Source: a candidate division FCPU426 bacterium (GTDB lineage: Bacteria > Oederibacteriota > JAAXVQ01 > JAUVAV01). Taken from it: a stretch of DNA of 55,216 bases. Positions 9,832 to 18,517 of this stretch are shown here, piece by piece. The notes beneath the pieces were generated by a model. That model was given only the letters and a program-made list of their open reading frames with translations. It was not told where the DNA came from and did not search any database. Each line of letters begins with the position of its first letter. Within the stretch, counting starts at the first letter, position 1. The position numbers and the translations under genes are program-made. The stretch spans positions 1 to 55,216 of the forward strand of contig DAOWGI010000072.1 of the NCBI GenBank assembly GCA_030637655.1, in the 5' to 3' direction.

Positions 9832-10158
9832 TTATTTCATCTCCCACACGCTCACCGCGCCAATAGTATCCTGGCAGGTCGCTAATAATAATCCAAACCT
9901 ATTGGTTTTATCGATTTTCAAGGTCGAACATACTGTATCCAGATACCAGCCTTCGGGTAATAAGCCGATAAAAAAAGGAAACAACTCTTCGTTTTCATGG
10001 ATAGATTGATTAAAAGGCATTGATACGGAAATGGAAATTTTTTTTTCTAAAAAATGCTTATCATAACTAAAACGATAACCGCCCTCGATTTCTTCCAAAA
10101 CCCCGGCACGCTCGTTTTGATAACGAATTTCCGCCCTTCTAAATTTACTCCCTTTCAT
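9832..10158 (-). CDS. hipS: HipS-like antitoxin (HipA N-terminal/couple_hipA domain)
   Basis: AGVLEE, YRFSYD, ISVSMP, FPFFIGLLPEGW, DTIGAVSV. Lies between the HTH gene and the kinase gene. Confidence 0.85.
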   Translation of the reverse strand: MKGSKFRRAEIRYQNERAGVLEEIEGGYRFSYDKHFLEKKISISVSMPFNQSIHENEELFPFFIGLLPEGWYLDTVCSTLKIDKTNRFGLLLATCQDTIGAVSVWEMK

Positions 10159-10345
10159 TTTGCACAACCTCTAAATGATATCCAAAAAATTCCAAAACCT
10201 GATTTACTTTGTCCAAACGAACCGTGGGCTTATCCCTTTCCAGCTCTCGCACAAATCTCAGACCGATTCCACAACGTAGAGCAAATTCCTCTTGCGTTAA
10301 TTTAGCCTGTTTACGTAATTCACGCACTTTTTTTGCAATATTCAC
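10145..10345 (-). CDS. hipB: HipB-like XRE-family HTH regulator
   Basis: RKQAKLTQEEFALRCGIGLRFVRELERDKPTVRLDKVNQVL. GTG start after GGAG. Confidence 0.88.
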   Translation of the reverse strand: MNIAKKVRELRKQAKLTQEEFALRCGIGLRFVRELERDKPTVRLDKVNQVLEFFGYHLEVVQNERE

Positions 10346-10376
10346 TGTGGTTCTCCAATATTTTTATTAAATAATA

Positions 10377-10503
10377 AACCCTATAGGGTACAATATCAAG
10401 ATGTTTTTTATATATTATACCCGAAGGGGTACTTCCGGAGTCTATATTTACCCTTTCGGGTACATTTTAGCAAATTAATAAACAAACAAAACCCTATCGG
10501 GTA
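10377..10503. promoter_or_regulatory. Four palindromic operators WACCC-N4-GGGTA upstream of hipB
   Basis: AACCCTATAGGGTA (10377), TACCCGAAGGGGTA (10418), TACCCTTTCGGGTA (10449), AACCCTATCGGGTA (10490). Confidence 0.8.
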
Positions 10504-10704
10504 TATTTGTACTTTCGCGGAATAATGTGAAGGGTCCTTTTATTCGATTTATAGTTGGACTATTTGTTGAAGTAAAAGTAGCTGTCGCCGCCCAACCCTG
10601 TGATACAAGTAGGGAAAGCAGATCGATAGTCAATAATGAGACTATCCAGCCCATCTTGCTTTCTTTACTTTAGCGAATATGTATAATTATTAATATTCTT
10701 TGGT

Positions 10705-12203
10705 TTATTTGATCAATACAACCTTGCCGGTCACTCTTTTATTTTCCGCCTCAATTTGATAAATATATACCCCACCCTCGCACAACCGCCCGTTTTCGCT
10801 CCGGCCGTCCCAGGTTTTTTCATTGCGAATGGTTCTCACTACCTGTCCCCGAATATTCATGATGCGTATGGTAATCCCGGCATTGGTATCATGCAGCTGA
10901 AAGTTAAAATACACGGTTTGCCCTGCAGCCGGTATAAACGGATTGGGTGTGGCATAGCCTCCCTTGTGAAATGGTTCTACTGTCGGAGTCGTGTCCCTAA
11001 AAACCAAGGTACGATGATTATATGTATCAGAAACATAAATCAAGTCACTATCTGCCACAACATCCGATGGATAGAAAAGCGTGGTGGCGTTTAATTGCCC
11101 GCCCTTATTGCTTTTTTTATAAGCTATGGTTTTTTTTTTTGCCCGATTACCATGTCCGCCTGGGCATTGTTTGTCTCTGGAATGGTATTATAGATCAGCA
11201 CCCGGTTATTGGCCTGGTCTGCGATAAAGAGCCGGGTGTCCTGAATACATAGTCCGGCAGGTAAACAGAGCGTACGGCTGGTTGGGGGATAGTTAAAATA
11301 ATCCCATTCTTTCTGATCTCCAGACTGCTGATTGGGAGCACAGGAGTACATATCCGGCTGCCCGATGACAATATCCGCGCCGGCAAAATTGTTATTGGGA
11401 ATCGAACTATAGATCAACACCCGGTTATTAAATGAATCAGAGATAAAAAGGCGCTGATTATGATAATAAACCACATGCGGTTGATGCAATCCTTTCGGTC
11501 CGACATCCCCGTTATAATTATACCTTTTCCCGGAAAAATCCGGCTGCCCGATCACCACATCCGCCTGTGCATCATGCGTTGTGGGGATGTTGTTGAAGAT
11601 CAGTACGCGGTTATTATACGCGTCCGCGATAAATAATTTCTTACCGTCTGAAGCCACACACATGGGATAATACAAGGTATGGCTATCCGGCTCATCCAGG
11701 CCTTGGTTGGGAGAATTCGATTGCATATCATTCTGACCGATCACAATATCCGCTGAAGCGCCATTTGTGGTGGGAAGGTTATTATAGATCAACACCCGGT
11801 TGTTTTGAGCGTCTACTACAACTAATTTGTTGTCAGCGATAATCATTTTAGTCGGTTTACTCAACCGGTTTGCTTTAGGCGGATCCGCAATGGGAGATAA
11901 AGCATAATCTTCCCAGCCGATGACAATATCAGCGGCCGGATAACTTGCATAAGGCACGAGACTGTATATTAATATCCGTTGCCAATCAGTATCTGCAACA
12001 AACAATTGGGTGTCTGTCTTGAACAAACCTGTGGGTACTTTCAAATGATAGGCATCAAGCTGGTCAAGGCTGCTGGTAAAATCAGGCTGACCAATGACAA
12101 AATCAGCAGATTGGTTGTCAAAATAGGCCAAGGCCTTTAACGCCAATATATGCGAAATTATACAAGCAATAACCAGCAAGTACGTTCTTCTCACAAGTCC
12201 CAC
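10705..12203 (-). pseudogene. Secreted NHL-repeat beta-propeller protein with FlgD/T9SS-like C-terminal domain, split by a frameshift in an A11 run
   Basis: ORF 12203..11124 has a signal peptide and repeats of LFIADxxNNRVLIYN...ADIVIGQPD. After the A11 tract (11130-11140) another frame continues the repeat (TIAYKKSNKGGQLNATTLFYPSDVVADSDLIYVSDTYNHRTLVF) into ORF 11058..10705 (PNPF...WDGR...GVYIYQI...GKVVLIK). Confidence 0.85.
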
Positions 12204-12493
12204 CTTTTATGCCCACTATTTAAGCAATATTATTTTTCCGCAATAACAATTAAAATTTAGGTCAGATTATATTCTTTTTCATTGAAATGCACAAGAAAGA
12301 TGTTGATTTTTTTGGGCAATTCATTGGATGAAGTTCGTGGATTCAAGGTCTCAATGAGTAAGTTGAAAAGTTTAGAAATCGACCGTCAGAAACAGTATAT
12401 CCGTTTATTTTAGTTGATGCATTATATGAAAAAGGACGGATGGAGATATCCTGCCAGTGCAGTAATGGTGGCGTTTGGCGTAAATGAATCCGT

Positions 12494-12532
12494 AAAAACG
12501 GGGCGGATTTCCTTTGCTCGAAAATCCGCCCC
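12494..12532 (-). terminator. Rho-independent terminator closing the 21.2-12.5 kb gene run
   Basis: Minus strand GGGGCGGATTT-loop-AAATCCGCCCC followed by GTTTTT, just after the stop at 12545. Confidence 0.75.
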
Positions 12533-12544
12533 TAGGCGCCAAGC

Positions 12545-14968
12545 TTATTTCACTACCGCAATTTTGTTCCGCTGCACAAAATCTTTGGCGCGGATTTCCA
12601 GAATGTAGATGCCGCTGCTCACTTCATGGCTTAGCTCATTGGTCCCGTTCCAGGTATAGGTGTAAAATCCAGGAGCCAGCACTTGGTCTTTGACAATAGT
12701 CTTGATCCTTTCCCCAACCAAATTATACAAACTGACATTTACCGTACCACTCTGGCTGATATCAAGGTAAATATCGCAGGTTGAATTGTTGCGGTTGATC
12801 AGATTTTTCCTGACCCGGCAATCCATGCTATCCGGCGGCGCAACTCCCAGGATTAATTTTCTGGTCAGACTATAACTGGACCTCATGTCCAATTCATCTA
12901 TACTGTATGCCCGCCAATAGTATATTCCCGGCGATAAGTCTGTGATCTCCACCGCGGTTTCTGCATTATTCCCTGTTAAAGCAGTACTATTATATTCAGC
13001 TAGCAAATGATTGAGTTCCGGATCAGTATAAAGTTGATAAACCACGCTCCCTTTATTCGGCGCTGTTTCCGGGTTTTCTTGATAGGTGGCTGTCAAACGT
13101 ACTACTTTAACCTTCAAACTTGCGTCTGCTGCCGGACTGACCAGTTGCGGCGGATTAGCGTATTCTGCAGATAGTGTAAACTTTCTTGAAGCGCTAAAGT
13201 CGGATTTTATACCTTCCTGGTCCACACTATAGGCCCGCCAATAATATCGGCCTGGCGGTAAACCGCCCACGCTCACTGATGATTCCAAACCATGATCTAC
13301 CATGGTTTGCCCAATGAATTCTTTGACTTGCACAAACTCAGGATGAGAAGACACTTGATATGCCACCTTGCCTGGTTGAGGCGAATCAGGATTTTCATGA
13401 TATTTGGCGGTTAGCTTGACCACCTTGACAGCCAATGTTTTGTCAGCATGCGGACTGATTAATTGAGGCGATTCAGCATAAACCAGTTCTACTTTGGCGG
13501 GAGTGGTTTTTTCTGATGACAAACCCAGACTATCCACGCACCAGGCACGCCAGTAATAGATGCCATAGCTTTGAAATCCCTGATTAAGTTCTGCCCAATT
13601 TTTTTTGGAGTTCAGTACTTCACTGTAGGAGCCGGCTTCTATATTTGAAAAGTCCATAGACTTGCTGATTTCAATATAGATGCGGCCACGGGTAAGGGTT
13701 GGCGGCAGTTTTACTGAAAACTTCACTGCCCGGGATGGATAGTACTCACCGGATTTGGGTTTAATAATCTCAGGTTGATCCGGCTTGGGTATTTCGGGTA
13801 TATGGAAATATTTGCCGGCTTGAATTAACACTGACGGTATCTCAGACCCAGGAGAAAATATTTTGACTGTGCCGCCATTTTTTGCGCTTGTTGAGGTAGT
13901 CCATCCACCGCCTTTGCTGTAAATAAACCCATTAAACCATTCTTCCTGAACTTGGGGACAAAAAAGTAGTACACCGCCGCCGGCGCCATGACCACCATCG
14001 CTCCCGCGGCCACCGCGACCGCCACTTCCACCTTTACCTCCGCCATAAGAATGCCAACCCCAGTAGTCCTTCCATCCTGCTTCTTTGTGCCCCCCGGCTC
14101 CGCCATATCCGCCACTGCCCTGGCTGCCGGATTGGCCGGAAACATCAATTATGCCATGCATGATTAATTTTTTTGTGGCAAATAATTTAACCAATGAACC
14201 GCCATTTCCGCCTTTGCCGCCTCTGCCACCACTGCCGCCTCTGCCGCCATGTCCACCTACCTTATAACCAGCACCAATTCCACCGCCGCCGCCACCGCCG
14301 CCGCCGGCTCCACCACCGCCGGCTCCACCGGCTGAACCTCTGTAAACAGTCAAGTCGTTATTTCGTTTCTCAGTATTATCAGCAATACCAACATAGCCGC
14401 CATTTTGTCCTGAGCGTCCTATACCATGACCACCCCTTCCTCCACTTCCTCCTGATGCCCAGGTTGATGAACGACCGCCACTTCCATTATTGCCTGAATA
14501 ACCCCAGCCTCCCTCACCACCATATAGCCCCTCGCCTCTGCGACCCTGTGTTGCAGCCCCGCCGCTTCCTCCGGAGTTACCATCCCAATGGCCTGCTCTT
14601 CCTCTCGTACCACCGCCACCGCCAGGGGCTCCACTCGCTCCATCAAATCCTCTATACGCTCTGCCAACACCATCAATTTTTCCTTCCAGTACTATCTCAT
14701 TAGCATAGAGTTCCAAAGTACCGGTTGCTGAGAAGGTATTACCATTGTAGGTCTGTACAAATAAAGTTGCATCCTGTGCGATATGCACTTTATCGTAAAA
14801 CCACTTGCCATACTTGGTTTCAGTCCCGGATTCAAGCCTGAGTTCGCCTTCATAGATGCCGTCTTGATTTCCCGAATCGATATTGTTTGCTGCTGCCGAG
14901 ACCTGCCAATTACCTGCCAATCCCAATAGAGCTATACATGTTATTATTGTTTTAATATATGTTCTCAT
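12545..14968 (-). CDS. Secreted glycine-rich protein with three Ig/FN3-like repeats and a FlgD/T9SS-like C-terminal domain
   Basis: Signal peptide, a long GGxGGxG-rich region, three ~100-aa repeats each with GxYYWRA, and C-terminal LYNLVGERIKT...WNGTN...SSGIYILEI...KIAVVK. Its ATG overlaps the upstream stop (ATGA). Confidence 0.8.
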   Translation of the reverse strand: MRTYIKTIITCIALLGLAGNWQVSAAANNIDSGNQDGIYEGELRLESGTETKYGKWFYDKVHIAQDATLFVQTYNGNTFSATGTLELYANEIVLEGKIDGVGRAYRGFDGASGAPGGGGGTRGRAGHWDGNSGGSGGAATQGRRGEGLYGGEGGWGYSGNNGSGGRSSTWASGGSGGRGGHGIGRSGQNGGYVGIADNTEKRNNDLTVYRGSAGGAGGGGAGGGGGGGGGIGAGYKVGGHGGRGGSGGRGGKGGNGGSLVKLFATKKLIMHGIIDVSGQSGSQGSGGYGGAGGHKEAGWKDYWGWHSYGGGKGGSGGRGGRGSDGGHGAGGGVLLFCPQVQEEWFNGFIYSKGGGWTTSTSAKNGGTVKIFSPGSEIPSVLIQAGKYFHIPEIPKPDQPEIIKPKSGEYYPSRAVKFSVKLPPTLTRGRIYIEISKSMDFSNIEAGSYSEVLNSKKNWAELNQGFQSYGIYYWRAWCVDSLGLSSEKTTPAKVELVYAESPQLISPHADKTLAVKVVKLTAKYHENPDSPQPGKVAYQVSSHPEFVQVKEFIGQTMVDHGLESSVSVGGLPPGRYYWRAYSVDQEGIKSDFSASRKFTLSAEYANPPQLVSPAADASLKVKVVRLTATYQENPETAPNKGSVVYQLYTDPELNHLLAEYNSTALTGNNAETAVEITDLSPGIYYWRAYSIDELDMRSSYSLTRKLILGVAPPDSMDCRVRKNLINRNNSTCDIYLDISQSGTVNVSLYNLVGERIKTIVKDQVLAPGFYTYTWNGTNELSHEVSSGIYILEIRAKDFVQRNKIAVVK

Positions 14969-16275
14969 AATTCCTCCTCATTATTCTCCGTTTTAGCGTG
15001 TTTATATATAACCGCGCTTGGTTTTTTACCCAAATCACGGCTAATGCTTAAAACTTCTGCAATAGATTGCGAGACATTGGCCTCCTGAATACGAATGCCT
15101 GCCACTGCCTGGCCGGCTGCATTGACAATCACACCCTTGTATCCCACTTGTATTCCCTGGCTATGCCCGGCATTGAGCAGTACGCCTGATACCCGGCCGC
15201 CGGTTTTCTCCACTTGCAGAATTTGGGCAGGGATTTTATTAATAGCTTGGTCCGGTTGCTGAACCTGCTTGTGATAATTGGAAATATCCAGCTCTTGTTT
15301 GCCTTGAGCTTGTTTTTTATCTTTGGTTGTTTGCTCAGGCAATTTATTGATCACATAAGTCAGGCCGGCCCTATGCGTGTGGTTCAAAGCACCTGTCAGG
15401 TTAAAAGCATAATCCAATTGCATACCTTCCAAGCGAAGACCAACACCTAAGGTGAGCCCCTGGACGTCATGCCCAAATTTATATCCGCCGCGTATGGCCA
15501 CCTGATCCATTATCATGAGCTCTGCTCCAACCTGCTGTTGCCAGTTTTCCTGTAGATCGCATTGCACATCAGCTGCCAGCAAAAGCCCGAGTTTATCCCC
15601 TTCCAGTACCTGACACGCCGCGCCGGCAGAAGCAGTCAGGGGTAGATCAAAGGGTTGTTCCACATATTTCATGGGCGTGCCGATGTTTTTGATCACAGCA
15701 CCAATTGCAAGATTGTCCAACATGCTGTCCAATTGCCACCGAAATCCTATGTCTCCGGCAACTGACACGGCAGAATATTGGTCCAATAAAGTGGAATGAA
15801 GTAATTTGAGATTAATTCCCACATCAATCGGTTCATTTAAAAATCCGGATTTATATGCCAAGGTTATATTCGCTAAAATATCGCGCTGGGCATTAAAGCT
15901 CGAAATCCGCCCATTGGCATCGATCAGGTCAAATTGCCCGGCATCGTAAATGAGCACAGAACCACCCACAGCAAAGGTTTGGCTGAGATTGGCGGAATAA
16001 TTAAATGCCCCATACATGTCTTCCACCAGACCGCGATAAGCTACTGCAGATAATGCTTGTTGTTTGCTGTCTACCAAACCAGCGGGATTGTAACTTAAGG
16101 CCCCGTCCTGATTGACAATGGCTGCTGTCTGAGCACCGGCCATGCCATCAGCTCGCGGGCTAAAGTGGTTTTTCAAAATAACTCCTGAACTACTGCCATA
16201 ATCACCAGCTTGTGCCAATGAAATGGTCAAGCTAAAACCTATAAGTACTGCTGCACAACAAATTCTTTTTTTCAT
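14965..16275 (-). CDS. PorV/PorQ-family outer-membrane beta-barrel with C-terminal FlgT-C-like domain
   Basis: Signal peptide, SPRADGMAGAQTA...YNPAGL, NIGTPMKY, AIRGGYKFG, LDYAF...THRAGLTY. Extra tail VLLNAGHSQGIQVG. GGAGG RBS before ATG 16275. Confidence 0.78.
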   Translation of the reverse strand: MKKRICCAAVLIGFSLTISLAQAGDYGSSSGVILKNHFSPRADGMAGAQTAAIVNQDGALSYNPAGLVDSKQQALSAVAYRGLVEDMYGAFNYSANLSQTFAVGGSVLIYDAGQFDLIDANGRISSFNAQRDILANITLAYKSGFLNEPIDVGINLKLLHSTLLDQYSAVSVAGDIGFRWQLDSMLDNLAIGAVIKNIGTPMKYVEQPFDLPLTASAGAACQVLEGDKLGLLLAADVQCDLQENWQQQVGAELMIMDQVAIRGGYKFGHDVQGLTLGVGLRLEGMQLDYAFNLTGALNHTHRAGLTYVINKLPEQTTKDKKQAQGKQELDISNYHKQVQQPDQAINKIPAQILQVEKTGGRVSGVLLNAGHSQGIQVGYKGVIVNAAGQAVAGIRIQEANVSQSIAEVLSISRDLGKKPSAVIYKHAKTENNEEEL

Positions 16276-16300
16276 GGTTAGCACCTCCTGTAAGTTTTGT

Positions 16301-17413
16301 TTAACTGCCTAAGCGCGCATTCATTTTCAGGCGCTGTTCCCGGGCCTGCGAGTTCAGCGGAATGTGAATGTAGATATATAAAAAGGCCGCAACATCGATT
16401 TTTTCCTGTTCGGAATCAAATTTCGGATAGACCTGCTGCAAGGTATGAATCGTGGAAGCATCCAGGCAACCATTGATTTCAAGCTGATATCCGTAGAGAT
16501 TCAACCATTCCTGAGCCATGGCAATGGTTTCCCCAGAGGTTAGATAGGAATAATAATCAGCCAGTGCATTGAGTACGATCCGGTCCGGAGCCGCCTTGTC
16601 TCCGAGCAACCGCCAATAGGGGAGCATCAAATGCTTTCCCACAATCTGAATCATGGAAATCTCAACCAACACTCTCACTGCCGCATGCCGGCCTTGGACT
16701 TTTTTCACCATACCTTTGGCGCCAAAACTCTGTCCAAACAGACTAATACCCAGTTCACTGTCACCCATAACCTTATGCACTGCCATGGTATTAGTGGTAT
16801 TCATTTTGGAGATACCGGTCATGGTGCTAAAATCCAGGAGATTAAAATCCAAGGTGATCCTGGCCATACCTCGTTTTTCCGCCCCGCCATAGCGCATATC
16901 AAATCCTTTGGACGGCAGGCTATCCGGCAGACCGGTAAATTCCGCTTCTGCGTTCAGATCCGTATTGGAGCCGCGGACTTCCAGACCACGGTCAAACTCA
17001 GTAATCCCTCCGGACAAGATAACATCCGGGATCTCAATGCTATTGAAGCTGGAATACCCGGTTACCACCTGACTTTGCATAAAACCGGGATCATAGGGAA
17101 TAAACACCACTTTCCCACCGATTGAATTGAGCGTGCTTTTCATAATCTCGGTGATGTCACGCTGGACTTCCCCTCCGGTGGAAACGGAAGTGCCGGTACG
17201 ATCACCAATCGGCTGGCTCTGGATTTTCAACAGAGGTGTATCATAGATCTCACTCATCATCCCAAGATCATTCAGAGCCGGTGTATAGTTGGTGGTTTTA
17301 ATCTCAGGCGCTGACTCCGGCAAACTGACATCCAGACGTCTGGGATCAAGTGTGGTACAGCCCGAAATTACACACATAAGCCATACTAGTGTTAATTTGA
17401 ATATGATCTTCAT
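16301..17413 (-). CDS. CsgG/HfaB-like outer-membrane lipoprotein with C-terminal peptidoglycan-binding-like domain
   Basis: Lipobox VISG|C. IGDRTG resembles the CsgG DxTG motif; also ILSGGITEFD, ITLDFNLLD, AAVRVLVE. Tail AQEWLNLYGYQLEINGCLDASTIHTLQ resembles PG_binding_1. GGAGG RBS before ATG 17413. Confidence 0.72.
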   Translation of the reverse strand: MKIIFKLTLVWLMCVISGCTTLDPRRLDVSLPESAPEIKTTNYTPALNDLGMMSEIYDTPLLKIQSQPIGDRTGTSVSTGGEVQRDITEIMKSTLNSIGGKVVFIPYDPGFMQSQVVTGYSSFNSIEIPDVILSGGITEFDRGLEVRGSNTDLNAEAEFTGLPDSLPSKGFDMRYGGAEKRGMARITLDFNLLDFSTMTGISKMNTTNTMAVHKVMGDSELGISLFGQSFGAKGMVKKVQGRHAAVRVLVEISMIQIVGKHLMLPYWRLLGDKAAPDRIVLNALADYYSYLTSGETIAMAQEWLNLYGYQLEINGCLDASTIHTLQQVYPKFDSEQEKIDVAAFLYIYIHIPLNSQAREQRLKMNARLGS

Positions 17414-17454
17414 GAGTACACCTCCTGTCCTGTTCGTCGTACTAGTGATCCTTT

Positions 17455-17871
17455 TCATTTGTCCACCACCACATTGATCACCGTGTCGATTTTGCTGCCA
17501 GGTTCGATTACAATGCTGTTCTCATTGTTGTCAACCTTGTCATCGCAATAATTGAGACGTAAATCTTTTTTAGCGTTTCGCGCATTTTTGTCTGCCTGGT
17601 TATCAGTTTTTTTATCTTCCTGATCAGTCTGCAAACCTTCTTTGATTTTGCGCATAGCTTGGTATCTTGAGGCTTTGGCTTTGCCAATAGCATATGTGAT
17701 GATGTAATTAATATTGGTATCTTTGTCCCCCAGTTTGTCGTCCGTCGCAATGGGCTCGTCTTTAAACTCTGAAATACCGTCCTTAAAATCATTGGCCCAA
17801 GCCGATGCTACTCCAATCAGAACTATCGCAATCATCATGGCCGGCATTTTATTACAACCTGATTTCAGCAT
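17455..17871 (-). CDS. Small secreted hypothetical protein, possible fibre assembly or adaptor factor
   Basis: Signal peptide ending AWA|ND, a charged middle, and a beta-prone tail NENSIVIEPGSKIDTVINVVVDK. Located between the repeat genes and the CsgG-like gene. Confidence 0.7.
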   Translation of the reverse strand: MLKSGCNKMPAMMIAIVLIGVASAWANDFKDGISEFKDEPIATDDKLGDKDTNINYIITYAIGKAKASRYQAMRKIKEGLQTDQEDKKTDNQADKNARNAKKDLRLNYCDDKVDNNENSIVIEPGSKIDTVINVVVDK

Positions 17872-17913
17872 GATTCACCTTCTTCTGGTTTTCTCAGCAC
17901 ATCCGGAACGGTT

Positions 17914-17938
17914 GATAACCGCCCCGGATGCGGTTATC
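17914..17938 (-). terminator. Stem-loop directly after the 167-aa repeat gene (partial terminator or mRNA stabiliser)
   Basis: GATAACCGC-7nt-GCGGTTATC, with no long U-tract. Confidence 0.5.
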
Positions 17939-17945
17939 CTAGTAT

Positions 17946-18449
17946 TTATTCGATGCAAATTGATCCCATGTTAGCCTCAGCGTCTTTCCCGATCGCTGCA
18001 TTGACTACTTCCTTGGCATTGACATCGTTGCTAATCAAACCCGTTACTTCAGCATTTACAATGTCAATAGAACCCATATTGGCTTTAGCATCCTTACCAA
18101 TTGCTGCATTGACTCCTTTTTCAATTTTGACCTTGTTCATCACAGTTCCTTTGATCTCGCTATTCTCCAAGCTGATGGAACCCATATTGGCCACAGCATC
18201 TTTACCAATCGCTGCATTTACCACTTCCTTCAACTGCACTTTGTTGCTGACCACACCTTCACTACCCACGCTGGTGTTCTTCAGCTTAACTGCCCCCATG
18301 TTGGCGATAGCATCTTTACCAATGGCCGCATTCACACCTTTCTCAATATCCGCTTTGTTGGTAATGTCACCTTTCAATTCCAATTTGGCCCAGCCGGCCC
18401 CGGCCATTCCCAAACTGATCATCATGGTGAGTAAAATTATTTTTTTCAT
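17946..18449 (-). CDS. Secreted 167-aa repeat protein (4 x ~36-aa NAAIGKDAxANMG repeats), putative beta-solenoid fibre subunit
   Basis: AAGGAG RBS and ATG 18449. Signal peptide ending GWA|K. Four copies of VNAAIGKDAxANMG(S/A) spaced 38/36/36 aa. The mature part lacks Pro and aromatic residues. Confidence 0.8.
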   Translation of the reverse strand: MKKIILLTMMISLGMAGAGWAKLELKGDITNKADIEKGVNAAIGKDAIANMGAVKLKNTSVGSEGVVSNKVQLKEVVNAAIGKDAVANMGSISLENSEIKGTVMNKVKIEKGVNAAIGKDAKANMGSIDIVNAEVTGLISNDVNAKEVVNAAIGKDAEANMGSICIE

Positions 18450-18517
18450 TTTGAAGCTCCTTGTATTATTTTTCTTTTCTACGGCATACGCCGCACTCAT
18501 GCTGTCTTACTTCGCAT

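Noticed and set aside
10377-10503. Regularly spaced repeats as a mini CRISPR array
   Set aside because: Units are only 14-bp palindromes with variable centres and short unequal spacers, with no cas genes. An operator role fits better.
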